Assembly: GCA_977016875.1 (NCBI GenBank)
Contig: CDRNST010000323.1
Span: forward strand, 434,001 to 498,000
Origin: Pavona decussata
Lineage: Eukaryota
Reading direction: 5' to 3'
DNA: 64,000 nucleotides
Position 1 is the first letter of the stretch. Each line of letters begins with the position of its first letter. Position numbers and translations under genes: made by a program. This document shows positions 25,532 through 38,269 of the stretch, in pieces. The notes beneath the pieces are model-generated. The model made no database searches. It was not told the origin of the DNA and saw only the letters and a list, made by a program, of their open reading frames with translations.

Positions 25532-25622
25532 TACTACCACTGACGGCCTTTTCACCCTCATTAGTGCCTATGCCCCAACACTTCACTCTTCCCAGGACGC
25601 CAAGGATCATTTCTATGACCAA
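25532..25622 (+). mobile_element. RTE-clade LINE apurinic endonuclease fragment
   Basis: TTTDGLFTLISAYAPTLHSSQDAKDHFYDQ. Confidence 0.65.
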
Positions 25623-25646
25623 GATCCTCTGCTGTTGCTCGGCATC

Positions 25647-26120
25647 CCCAGGTAGAAATCTTGGTAAGATCTTGTAAGATCTTGCAAGATCTTGAAAGAA
25701 TCTTAAGATTAAGATCCCTTTAAGATTCCAGATCTTAGAAAGATCTTGTCAAATTTCTTAATAAAATCTGAACCAATGATGAGCATTTTAAGATCTCACA
25801 AGATCTTACAAGATCTTTTTAAGCTTAGTTAAGAATCTTGTAAGAATCTTAATAATATGTTATTAACAAAATCAGTAAGATTTTAAAATGTTCTTAACAA
25901 GATCTTACCACTATCTTAGCAGAAACTATGTAAGATCGTAATAAGATCTTAATGAACTACTATCAGGCTCTTATATCAAGATCTTAAAAACAAGAATCTT
26001 AACAAGATCTTAGTTAATGCTAACATGATAATTAACATGTAATAAATTGAGGGCTTAAAATGAAGATCCCTTAAGATCTTTTAACAGTGTTTTAAAGAAC
26101 CTTTAAGAGGATCTTACATA
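25647..26120. repeat. AAGATCTT palindromic repeat array (non-autonomous element end)
   Basis: Starts CCCAGGTAGAAAT, followed by many AAGATCTT/AAGAATCTT units. Confidence 0.75.
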
Positions 26121-26189
26121 TTGTTGAGCACTATTACATCTTAAGCATTGAAATCTCTTTACAGTGGCCAATTTTTACCTTCAGTTACT

Positions 26190-26321
26190 TGAAAAGAACT
26201 TTAACAAATTTTTTCTTTCTCATTTTATTTAAGAAGTTAAGTTAATACGCAAGCGTATACGCAAGCGTATTTAACTTCTTAAATAAAATGAGAAAGAAAA
26301 AATTTGTTAAAGTTCTTTTCA
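26190..26321. repeat. Perfect 51-bp inverted repeat with a 30-nt double mini-hairpin spacer
   Basis: 26190-26240 is the exact reverse complement of 26271-26321; spacer GTTAATACGCAAGCGTATACGCAAGCGTAT. Confidence 0.95.
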
Positions 26322-26563
26322 TAAATCTTTTTTCAGTTATGAAAAAATCATATTGAATATGAATTACCTGGTATAAATTGTATGCTAATTAATTTAATTG
26401 CTAAAATACATGTAAACTTCTCATTCAGAGTTCTAAAAGGCTGCAAACAATAATATTTAATTCTGTTCGCCAGGATTAAAATGTTAAAATGATTAATGAA
26501 AACTCCAACTGCAAACATCAATGGTAGATTTACACATTTGTCTTAAAAGCTACCTGGTCAAAG

Positions 26564-26882
26564 CCCGTGTAAAATATTTGTTAGGATCCCCAGGTGGGAT
26601 TTTGGAACGGGATCCCAAGTGGGATCCCAGGTGGGATAGGAAGAATCCCAGGTGGGATTTAAATCCCAGATGGGATCCCCAGGTGGGATTTTGGAACGGG
26701 ATCCCAAGTGGGATCCCAGGTGGGATTTAAATCTCCAAACATTTTCTATATATGTTTGGTTCACAGGGGGATCCCAAGTGGGATTAAAATCCCAGCTGGG
26801 ATCCCGAGTGGGATCCCAAAGCAAGCCCTTGCCAGAATTTCAAAGGTGGGATCCCAGGTTAAATCCCGGGTGGTTTTCGCCG
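26564..26882. repeat. GGGATCCC palindromic repeat array / MITE
   Basis: CCCGTGTAAAA...TTTTCGCCG ends enclosing many GGTGGGATCCC/GGTGGGATTT units. Confidence 0.75.
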
Positions 26883-27154
26883 TTACAAGTTACTCAGTCA
26901 GATCTGCAACAGTGTCCTCTGTAAGAGACCGGGGACCTGAATTAATTGCCAAGTGAAGTTCCTGCAAGTATTTTAAAAGATCTTGGTCAGATTACGCAAA
27001 CCAGTCAAATGATCATTCAGATGAGATATCTCAGACATTTATTGCAAAGATCACAATAAATATTTAACAATTTACAAACTTCAACCAAATGTTGACATTA
27101 TATCCACACAAAGTTAACTAAATTATTTTATATTGCATCGTAATGGATACATAA

Positions 27155-27934
27155 AGTGTATATGACACGGAATCTTTTATAAGCTTATTAGGAAGAGCTT
27201 TCAGAATGATGAAGAATGGCATTTATTTTATTGCGATAGCATTCTTGGTTGCCGAGTTATTCAAGATTTAGGCTTATGAAAATTAGACAACTTGTGACGT
27301 CACAAGACTGACACAAAATGAAAAGAAATCACAAAATTTGGAATATCTACGCAAATACTACATCTACAGGGTTGAAATTTTGCAGGGTTGATGTGCTGAC
27401 AGAACTACACATTGTGATAGTGGCTATGATGCCACTATAGCAACGTACTCGTTACCAGACCTCTACCTTCCCAAAATGACAAATGCCTTATTTATTGCTC
27501 CACAGTCAAACAGAATTTCTTATACTTGTGCTGCGTAATGTCCATACTCCCTCACACCCACTGAATAAACATCAAGAGCAAAAAGCGCTTCTTGAGAAGG
27601 GAAACTCTGATTTTATCCTTTGGATGGTGAGGGCCTGGAGCCCATTGTGTTGCCATGGAAATGTCATAGTGGATCATATCATGAAACTTTGTGATGAGTA
27701 TAACAACTCTACAAAGTTTCAGTTCTATACAGAAAAAGGCTTAAGAGATATTCCATTTTTTGTGATTTCCCTTCATTTTGTCAGTCTTGTGATGTCACAA
27801 GCTGTCTAATTTGCATAAGCCTAAATCTTGAATAACTCGGCAACCAAGAATGCTATCGCAATAAAATAAATGCCATTCTTCATCATTTTGAAAGCTCCTA
27901 ATAAGCTAATAAAAGATTTCGTGTCATATACACT
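27155..27934. mobile_element. Non-autonomous Kolobok-type MITE with ~190-bp TIRs
   Basis: AGTGTATATGACACG...CGTGTCATATACACT termini, long imperfect TIRs, flanked by ATAA / TTAA (degenerate TTAA TSD). Confidence 0.85.
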
Positions 27935-28171
27935 TTAAAAAACTTTAATAACACTCAGCATGCATTTGAATCTAATTGGTTAAATATTGCAGAAAGCCAA
28001 TACATGGCTGTAAATCACAAAATTTACACACTCATGAGTAAAACTTAAATACTGATGTATTAGAATGTATAATAGAGCCAAAAATTTTCCCAAAAGTTAA
28101 TGCTCACTTTACTTGTAAAGTACGATTAACTACGAAGATGTCAACCCTGTTGCCTTTAACTATGGCTTAAA

Positions 28172-28575
28172 CCCTTGTGAAAATTTTTCCGAGATCTTGG
28201 TGCGTTTTTGGCCGCCGAGATTTTCATCTCGCCGCGATCTCGGCCACCGAGATTTTTATCTCGCCATGATCTCGGCCGAGAAACCTCTCCACTATTAAAT
28301 CTCGGCGCGTTTTTGGCTGCTGAGATTTTCATCTCGCCGAGATTAGTGGAGAGATCTCGGCGGCCAAAAATGCGCCAAGATTTCGCCAAATCTCGGCGGC
28401 CTAAAACGCATTGAGATTAGTGGCGAGATCTCGGCGAGATGAAAATCACGGCAGCCAAAAACATGCCAAGATCTCGGCAGCCAAAAACGCAGAGAGATTA
28501 GTGGCGAGATCTCGGTGAGATGAGAATTTCGGCGGCCAAAAACGCCGCGAGGAATCCCTGCCGGGATCTTGGCAA
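28172..28575. repeat. GAGATCTC palindromic repeat array / MITE
   Basis: Starts CCCTTGTGAAAA; many CGAGATCTCGG, GGCCGCCGAGA and GCGGCCAAAAA units in both orientations. Confidence 0.75.
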
Positions 28576-30894
28576 GCGAGCATCCGCAGCGGTGTACTGA
28601 AAATTTTATCGTCAGACGTAAAAGTAAAGTTAAGATTTGAAATTTACGCTAGCTTTTTGGTTTGAAGTTCTTAATCAGCGGAATAACATTGGAAGGATAC
28701 TCATAACCAAACTACGTTCTCTAGACTCCCCTAAGCATTTTTTACGAAAAAGTGAATATATAACTTCTGTAAGTAAACAACCACTTACTTTCTACCGTAT
28801 CATTTGAATCATTACGGCTGGGAAATCTGAACAAAAGAGCGAAACTAAGCGGTAAGCTTAGGATGTAAATGAATTATGCCAACTAACTGCTTCAAATTGA
28901 AAATGAATATAGAAGTTGTGAATCACCAACAATTTATTTCAAAAATTTTACCTTCGAGGTTTCGAGTTAAAAAGATAAAATCGTTTGTGTAGCTAATTAC
29001 GCTTTGTGAAAGCTTCTATCGATTTCTAAACAAACTCTTTTACTCAAAGTGTTTCTTTAAGCTACTAAGTAAGATGAAATACGGATAAATAATATAAGAA
29101 ACTAATTATAACCTCTTTCTCAATCAAGACATACAAGGCTGTGGAAGAAAGCCATTAAAATCTCAATTCTCGTGCAAACTTGATGGTCACTTCCACTGAG
29201 TTGATTCTTACCACGCTTATAGCTTAACCAGCTTGGACATCCCTTTAGCAAATTTTAAGTCCTCCTTCTCCAGGACCTGAATTATCCAGGACATTCCGTA
29301 AAAAATGTGCGGTGACTGAGTTCATAAGGTGCAGTTCAGTTCAGTTCAGTTCGGGACCCGTAGTTTGTTAATCAGCATCATTTTAGTTGACCAGTGCCGA
29401 TCATATCCCTTGTGTGCTGTTCTCCGGTTGACCACAGGTTCTTTTATCATGATTTCCAGCCATAAACGAATGGTTAACTTGTCATGAAGCTTAACTTTTC
29501 ATAATTTCTGCGGTTTAAGAGCAGGATTAATTTTTGTGGCCTCGCAAACCACAAATTTCAGTCAAACTTTTTTTTAGCTTATGCGAGCATCGCCGGGTGG
29601 CGTGATTGAATTAACCAATCACATCGCCCAATTCACGTTGTGAGGGATTTTCGCGCCATTTGTCAAGTGGCAAGCCACGGAGACAGCAATTTGAATACGA
29701 GGATTGAGACGGATTGTGAGAGAAAAGAGCACAGTAAAAAAATGTCGACAACTGAAGACAGTGTAAATAATGAAAAGGGAAAGAACGCGTTTTCAAAACT
29801 TGTGCTACCTGTACCGAAAAATCGTTCGCGGCAGGCATTACAACATGACTGAAACGGCCTTTTGAGGGACAAAAATCGCGTAGAAAGGTGAGTTAAAGAT
29901 TTAGACAATAAAACGATAATATTATCAGGTCAATGAATTCATTTTAAATTGATAGTAAATAAATATGTTATCGAGCATCCGATATGAGCAGCGTTCCTCT
30001 CACTTTTATCTTAAGACGCGCACTTAATATATTAATCTGCCGAAGCGCCATCTCGGCCAACAATTTAAATCAATTAGTTGAAGCTCATCGATTTCCAGTT
30101 ATAGCATGAAAAAAATGAAGGCCATTATTTTTACCGAGGGATTAAGCTGAAGTTTTAACTCATTCAACCTCATAACTTAATTCTTACCACTGAAGAGTTC
30201 ACATGTCTTCGTTTCGAATCTGGTGAAGATCACGGTGTCTTGTCGAGATCGTGGTTGTCTCGGCAAGATTTTGGACTTCAATCTTGTAAAACACATATCA
30301 AGAGTACTGTGTTCCAACACATTCACTGTGATTAAATTGGAACAGCTAAATCAGATTTGCATCAAACTAGAAATGTCTGGAACAAGTGATGTTTACATAA
30401 GCAGATTCCCTAACATGGTGGAAAGGAATTAATACTTAGAAGTTCACCATACAAATACTGGAATTTTGGAATGTGCCATTTTTGTGCTGATGAATTCCTT
30501 TAAGAATTAAACATTTTTTTTTGTTTAATTCTTGAAGCATATGGTTAATGTAAAAGTTTTGTCATATAATTTTGATCTTTTGGTTGAAAGGAATTAATCA
30601 TCTGTAAACGCTTACAAAAATTACTATGTGTAATTCTTCGTGTGATGTTTGATTTGTTAATGAGATAATCGCAGGGGAAAGTTGAAAATGACACTTCCTT
30701 ACATGAAAAAATAATCTTTCTAATTAGGGATCAGTGTACAGTGTTGATTTATTGATCTGAACTGTTGTAAATTACGCTGGATAACAGTTCAGCCTGTCCC
30801 ACAAGGAATTCCTGGCAGTATTCTAGGTTGAATGCTTCTTATCCCTTCCTTGGATCTTGCCCAACCCACCCATGATAATGACAACCACACTAAT

Positions 30895-31232
30895 GGAATC
30901 CCATATAGGAGCCCCCTTTTTCCCACCTGGGATCCCACCATTCCTGCCTGGGATCCCAACTATCCTGCCTGGGATTCCACATACCCACCTGGGATCCCAA
31001 CTACCCCAGCTGGGATCCCAACTTTCCCGCCTGGGATCCCACCTACCCTAGTTGGGATCCCAGCTATCCCAGCCGGGATGCCAACTACCTCAGCAGGGAT
31101 CCCAACTCTACTGCATGGGATCCCGAGAACCCCACCTGGGATCCCACCTACCCTAGTTGGGATCCCGGCTATCCCAGTCAGGATCCCAACTATCCCACCA
31201 GGGATCCCGCCAATCCCACCTGGGATCCCGGA
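30895..31232. repeat. GGGATCCCACC repeat array, mostly inverted relative to 26564-26882
   Basis: About 21-bp period units, GGGATCCC(A/G)...CCCACCT. Confidence 0.8.
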
Positions 31233-32084
31233 TATAATTTTTCATTTTCTATACATCTGTCCAGAGATACTTTTTTTGGCAGTAAATAAATGTTTGTGGT
31301 CCCTCTAGGCTAAAATGAAGATTTCAATAGATAGCACCCTTATGATTGAAAACCAATGTATTCTTCATTTGATTAAGTCTCTCTTTAAGCTAACGCTGGA
31401 CAAAATAAGTAAATAAGCTCCAAAGAAAGGAAAAAATTATACAGGAACCCTGAAATCTTTCTGGCTATGTTCAAAATTAAGTTGTATTTGAAAAGACCTT
31501 TCAAATTCCAAAAATAATGGTCACTTGTGGTGAACATCGAATATAATATATACATTTTAATACCATAAAAACTCTATTTTAAGCTACCCTGTTTGATGGT
31601 TTCAGATTTCAAAATAGTGTCTTTCTGTCTTTTCTCCCTGGGACGTGAAGAGGAGAGACCCTGGGAACGAGGTTGATACAAGGAAGAACAAGGCAATTTG
31701 CTAGGAGAATTAAGCAGTCAATCAGATATCACTGAAGGCTTTTTTCCATGCACCCTTTCAATTAACAATATTACTACTAACACAGGGTCATTTTTGGACA
31801 GTTTAGGGTCATTTTTGCACAGTTTAAAACTATGCAGAGAAAGCAGAACTTAGCAAGTGCTCATTTCTATCGATTAATGTTTTTTTATGTAAAAATTGTA
31901 GCATGTTTCTATTGCACTTTTATTATTCTTTACTTTTTTTGCTCTAGTTAGTTGCACATGGCAATGACCAACTCGAGAGCCTAAGCTAAGCACTAAATTT
32001 CTCTTAGAACAGCATCCTGTGGTGCAGAAAGCTCTTGGCATACATTCAAACCAGCAAGGTTGTACTTCAGCAGCAAAGCGTATG

Positions 32085-33595
32085 CTACATTTTGATGACA
32101 AATATAGCATACAACTTTTCCAAAGACTTCTTTTCCATGCAAATGGAACTGCGTGAGATAACTGCAGGAATTGCCCTTCTGGGATACATGGTACTATGGA
32201 AGGTGACATGATCTTTTGTCATCTTGTATGAGATCAGGTGCTCTGTATCAGCTCCACAACCAAATTTTTCACAAATGATATTTTGAAAATGAGCATCAAG
32301 TTTCTTGTAATGTATAGGTTCGTGAAGCAGCATACCTCCATCTGTTTTTCTGGTATTTTGTTTTTCATGCACCAGATGTCGTGCAAATGTAGCAGCTGCA
32401 TTGTTATCCTTGCACTTTTCAGCGACATGTACCTTGTAGGTCTGGCTAATTCCCAGTTTCTCCATCATTTGTTTTGCGATCCCCCTTGTCCCAGAGTACA
32501 GATTCTTAAGATGTGCTATGAAAACTTCAAAGACAAAAGCGGATGTGAAAGAGAGAGAACCATGGTCAAGAACTTGAGATGGAAAATGAAGTAGAGCATG
32601 GCTATTGTAAGTACACTCTGGTGGGCCATACAGACCTGGTAGGAGTCGCACAAAGTTATCCAACAAAACCTGAGATGTATGAACACATGCTTTGGATAAA
32701 GGAACAGAATGCAAATACTGTAAAGCGGTCAAAAGAAGAGCAAAGTGATAGAAATGATCCACAGAGAACTTATCACAAAGAACAGCCTGTCGAGTGCAAG
32801 GTAACCCAACAAAGAGGACAAATAAACGAGATTCTGAAGCTTTCCAGTGTTTGAGTTCACCAAAGCTACAAGGCTTTCTGGTGCAGTCATGGGGTACTTT
32901 AATGGACAAGAAGTCCTCATTTAATACTTCTGCAAATGCCACAAGGCTGTATGTTTCTGTAGAAAAACTTGGATTCATCCATCTGTTGAAGAGCTGTCGC
33001 TTGAGAATACCCTCACACACACAGTACATCCAGTCAATTGGAAGATTATTAGGAATGTCAACAAGTTTTCCAAAGACATGTCCTCCCTTTTTACCAAACA
33101 CCGTAGTACCTGTTCTCTCAGCTACATTCCCAAACCTTCTCGATTCTTCTGTTTTCCTTAGAGACAGTATCAGAGATGGTGTATTCATACAACCTTGCTT
33201 TCATCTCTTTATCGTATCTGCCTGGATGTTTACATGTACTGCATCCAAATTGGCCATTATACTGTTTCAATTTAAATAGAATGGGTTTGGCTGGTAGGTC
33301 TGGTACAACTGACTGAATACGACATACAGAAGGTATTGGTTGACCAGTGTCATCCTCAAATTCAGTACCGTTTGCCAGGTCAGACAGCTCATGAACAAAC
33401 GTTTTTAAGAACAATGGAATATTTGGTTTGCATTTGCCATACCATAGACCAGTCAACATAATGTTATCAAACGTGTATCTTTTTTGAGGGGGTAATTCCA
33501 CAAGAAAGGACATCAAGGGCCAAATACTAAAGCTCTTGGATTTTATTAAAGGAGCACCATCACTACTTATGACTGTCGAGAAGACGCCGACTCCA
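32085..33595 (-). pseudogene. CACTA/EnSpm (Tnp2-like) transposase, 5'-truncated and frameshifted
   Basis: SSDGAPLIKSKSFSIWP...ELPP..RY...GLWYG..KP; DLPAK...QYNGQFGCSTC; IDWMYCVCEG; HWKASE; YNSHALLHFP; SAFVFE. Confidence 0.9.
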
Positions 33596-34062
33596 AAATA
33601 AATTGGAATGTAGGAGTGGTTTTGTTTGTTTGTTTGTTTTAGAAAATTGTGGAGAAGCACGCATGATTTGTTGCAAATATCATTATATTTGATCAATACT
33701 TACGTAGAGGATTGAGTCGAGCTGGCAGATGGCCAACTATTGTCAAATGGACCTGATACTGGAAAAAAGGGAAAAAAAGATTAAATAGAACATTTCTAAA
33801 AGAGAAAAACAAAACAAAACAAACACACACAAAGTTAGCAGAAAGATCGAACAAAGCATAAAGATCTCGCAGATTATTCTTTTATACCGGACATCAGTCC
33901 GAGCAAATATCGTGAGCATCTAAAAACCATGCTTCATGGCATGCAGTACATATTTGATATCCCCAGCAGTTGGAAGACAAAACAGGACATAACATTGAAC
34001 ACTGAAACTGAAGAAGTAGAAAAACAGGGAAATGACCTAAGACTATCTGATGCTGTAAGTAC

Positions 34063-35334
34063 CTTGCATAGTGAGCCAAGCATGCTTGAGGATCTGCTTC
34101 AATGTTGGGCGGTTTATTGGCATAGTGTTCAACATTGAACGTATCTGGTCTTTTGCTTCTGTTAAAAGAAATGACAAAAGATAGCTAAATTATGTCTGAT
34201 CTAATTCTTCATTAGGACAATTATGATAATTTCACAATGCCGATATGAATGAACAATGTTGGTTCATTAAAAGCTTTGGGCTCCATTTCAGTTACGAGAA
34301 CTAGATTCTCAAATTAACTGAGGGGCGAGAACTTCATGTAAAATTTCAAATCTAGATTCGTGGACCATTTGACATCCTTTCTCCTTTTTTATCATTCTCA
34401 TTATTATCGTAGGCTGTTACAAGTTCAACAGTCCGTGTAATCCCCGTGATGCTTAATCCTTCCTTCCCTTTTCCCACTTCTCTTTCAATACCTGTAGTTT
34501 GGTTTAGTGCTAATACCTTCTGAAAGATACTCAGGAACCTAGACTCTCTTGTAAGGGCCAGCTCAGGTCTATTAAAGGCACTATATGGAGACACCATTTC
34601 CAAAAAAAATCTTTCCTTGTGCCCAGACAGTGCTTTGACAGCCGTCATACCTTCCGGACCTGAGAAACTCAGGTGACGCATATGCTCTTGTGCCTGAGGA
34701 ATAAAAGTATTTTAATCAGCGAAATTATGAGTGTTAAAAGGAAGACCAAGGTAGTCATCATAAGAATCGCCCCACAACCCCAACCTCCCCCTTCTCCTCA
34801 CTAAGAGGAGACAAACTTCGACGGTGATTCACATTTGTCCCCTATGGCTTTACAATGTAGCGCAATGGCAGATCAAGGGAATGGGGCATCTTACTCCGCC
34901 CCGGCATAGAGTCTGGGCGGGATTTCTGGTACAGGACTTAGCCTTTTAAGGCTGATGTAATTGTTTTGTTCTTATTTTCTTTCTTGGAGAGATTATCCAA
35001 CGTATTGTTTTTCAGCTTTTCTCGGAAAGATGCTAACATCTGCATAATACAGCCCACAGGCAACCCAAGCCTTATAATAAAAAATACCAATCCGTGTAAT
35101 CCGTGTCTTCTCCTCGCTGTTTTACTTATCATTCCGGCTCGTCTGCGAAACCTTTGCAACAGTGTGAATTCATAAATTCCTGTGCGATCACCAACATATT
35201 TCGCACATTGTTGGTCTTTCCATAATGAAAACATGAAAATCACCGGATGTAAAACATTCATACATCTTTATCATGTGGCGGTGTTGCACCTTGTGCAAAA
35301 AATAAGCCTCGGATGGAATTCGTTGGCCATTAAA
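34063..35334 (-). pseudogene. PIM-like Ser/Thr kinase pseudogene (spliced)
   Basis: Exons 35334-~35200 (FNGQRIPSEAYFLHKVQHRHMIKMYECF..DFHVFIMERP), 34693-34517 (GTRAYASPEFLRSGRYDGCQSTVW) and 34158-34063 (EAKDQIRSML..NRPTLKQILKHAWL), each after an AG acceptor. HRD/DFG segment not recognisable. Confidence 0.75.
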
Positions 35335-35519
35335 CTGTAACGAAGAAAAAGGCCGCAAGTACAAGTCAGAGGCATCGTTGTCAACCTTGAATGAGATTAT
35401 AACGTGTGCGTTTCGTGGACTGACAGAGAAAAACTCGGACGTGAAGCATACATTTTCGTTAAATACATTACATTTGTTAAGTACACAGCAAAAAGAGCAC
35501 TCATTAAAATGAATAAAAA

Positions 35520-37930
35520 CTTACTCAATGTTTGAGTAATTAAAGCATATTACTTGTCATTTTGAGTTAAATTACTCGAAAATTGAGTTACATTTTTCAG
35601 AGGGGAGAGGAACAGGCAGTTAAATTTTTTTCCCTATAATCTCCCTCCGTAATTTTTTCGGCCGTTTCTCCCCCTTCCCTGCTTTTTCACCTTTCTCTCT
35701 GATAAGTCTTTTAAGAGGCTTATTTTATTTGCTACTTCACCGCAGTGCCTAGTTTCCACATGTCTTTAAAGAAGGAAAACATACGAAACACGTTTGTCAT
35801 GTCCTTATATCTCGTCCTTCCCATGCTACCTTTCGGTTTTGCCACGTAAGTTTGAAGCTTTGATGTTTACAACATTTATTTTGACTACGGTGTAAAGATG
35901 GTAAAATAATGATTACATGCCAAACAAGGCTCCTATTGGTTGAGATAGGAAGAACATGACCTTCAAAGCTAATTTGCCTTCAAGAGTACGTCTTTCAAAG
36001 ATCTCCCTTTTCTATATGAAAGTAGGGAAGGGTCTTTGTAGATCTCTCTTAGCAGAGGCTGATTGCCTATCAAGTGCCATTTACTCATCTAAATGGTTTT
36101 TAGATTAGGCACAGAAGGGCGATATTCTGTAACAAACGGCAAAATGTTTTTGCGCCTTTTTTGTCTGTTTTGTAGGGCCGACATCCTTTCGGTGAAAATT
36201 GACTTCTGATATAGTTTTATCTGTAAGGTTATCGGGGTAATCTCTGTTTGAATAGATTAATACTTTCTTCAAATCTTTTTTTTTTTTTGAAGAGTTTGTC
36301 CTAAGAAGTCTTTAGGCTTCGCCTTTCACAAGGCCTGCACTGGAAAGTTTCTGTTGGTTTGAAATGTGCGCGCACGTAAAATATAAAATATAAATAAAAT
36401 AGATTCTTATTTTAAATCTTTCGCCCTAGGGTACACTTGTGTAAAGGAAAGTGATTTGGGTGTTTTAAATTCTTTCCACATGTTCGTTTAGTTTCGGTTC
36501 ATGGCCTGCAGAGAGTGCCTTACTCGTAGTTTTTTTTTTTTTTTACATCAGTGCCTTTTCGCGATTCAAGTCGTTGAATTCTGCGAAGTTTGATTGCAGT
36601 AATGTCCTCTGGAAGCACTGATGTGAATGTAGTGAGTAGTCCTTCATTCATAATATTATTTTCCTCTATGGTATCTATGAAGCAATACTGCAGTTTTGAT
36701 TCTGTCAGTGAATCTCATCAGTTGCTACTGTGTCAAAGTTTTGAGGAATGATTGTGAAGGATGGCCTTATTCCATAGAAATTGAGGCATGCAGCTGTTTA
36801 AGTACTTGTTCGGCGGATCGAGAATTAAGGATTTCTATTCATTAATGAGAATTAGTCAAGGGTGTGGTTGTATTTTCGATCCTGAGTAAAGTTGTGTTTC
36901 TTGAGAAGGTCTTAGAACGTTTTATCCAGCAAGTGAAATTTCTATTTCTGCAGCATGGGCCTCTGGTTCGTTAGCAACTGAATATTCTTCATTCTGTAAA
37001 ACACCATGGCCTTGACCTTGATCGTGACCTCGACAATAGCAATTTAATTTGAACTGTAAGTTTAAATGATCTAAAATCAATTTATGCATCGGGTGTAATT
37101 CACTGAACTTGTAGACTTTATTTCACATTGCTGGGTGTTAATTCTTCTGGTGTTTCAGCGTTAGGTCAATAAGGTCAAACCATGCAGCGTTAATTTAGCC
37201 TTATACCAATAGTAAAAAAAAACAAGGAAGGAGACTTTCGTACTTCAATTTTAAAACACTCTTCAGTAATACCATAAACGGCTTTCACATAAAAATAGCA
37301 TTCACTCACCTTGATACTCAAAAACTCTGAAAACTTCAGATTCGCTAAAACCGACACCAAACAAAAGAATTCACAATAGCCCGGAAATCAGACAGATCAG
37401 TGCGTCACTGCTTGGCCAAGACTGGGTACGGTGTACAAATGATGACCTCACCAGAGTCACAAGGGGAGGGCAAGAAATTGTTGAGACTACCATGCGAGAA
37501 CTCTTACATACACTTTAACTTGCAGTTGAGTAAGTGACTCAGTAAGGTCCTTGAATAAAGAGCTACCAAGGCCTTAAACATTCATGCCACTTTTTTAAAG
37601 AAGATTTTCCGTCCTCCCTTTTTATGCTGGTTCTCCCGTCTTCCTATTTTTTGCTTCCTTTCTCCCTCCTCCCTATCTTTTTTGGCCGTCTCTCCCTCCT
37701 CCCTAAAACATTCCTCTCCCCTCTTTTCACCCAATGTAGTGAGTTGAAGCAACTCATTATTTCAAGGTAAATTGAGTATGATTAATAGTAAGTCAAACGT
37801 GTGAGAACACAAAAAAATGAGTAAATGTTTTAACGCAAGATAGTGCATAAAAGAACGCTTGATTGAGTATGAGTCAAACAAGTGAGTAGAAATACTCAAG
37901 CGGTGAAGAAGAGTATAATCCTCTTAACGA
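35520..37930. repeat. TGAGTAA/TTACTCA repeat tract (CACTA-like subterminal repeats) split by the 35600-37723 insertion
   Basis: Motif is dense at 35520-35599 and resumes at 37724-37930. Confidence 0.5.
35600..37723. mobile_element. Non-autonomous TIR element with 13-bp TIR and 6-bp TSD
   Basis: GAGGGGAGAGGAA...TTCCTCTCCCCTC flanked by TTTTCA on both sides; subterminal CTCCCTCC repeats. Confidence 0.75.
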
Positions 37931-38269
37931 ATTGTGCTCATTAGGATACATATTTCAGTAAAAAAATACAATTAGTTTATTATATAATGACTCCTAAACC
38001 AGTGCAAGTTTAATGTTCCAAAGTTTCATTCTTTTACGTGCATTGTTAAATTTAAATGGCCGATTATGTACAAGTGAAATAACACTAGATTATTTACATT
38101 TTCTTCGTAACCATTTTGAACTACATGTATATTGAAATAAATATGATGGTATATTTCCAGCCTAGTAAATGAATGAGAATGATGTATTATTCCAGAAAGT
38201 GACACAGGCATACTCGGAAAAAAGAAATCCGAGTGAGAGAAGAGTTGAGAGAGAGAGAGAGAGTTGAGA

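Noticed and set aside
26190-26321. Endogenous parvovirus terminus
   Set aside because: No NS1/Rep or capsid remnant nearby; kept only as a structural finding.
25647-31232. CRISPR-like arrays
   Set aside because: Units are short palindromes with related, non-unique spacers; there are no cas genes and the context is eukaryotic.
30832-31308. Proline-rich PPGIP-repeat protein ORF, and similar ORFs at 26521-26956 and 28156-28414
   Set aside because: These are translation artefacts of GGGATCCC/GAGATCTC repeat arrays, open in several frames and on both strands.
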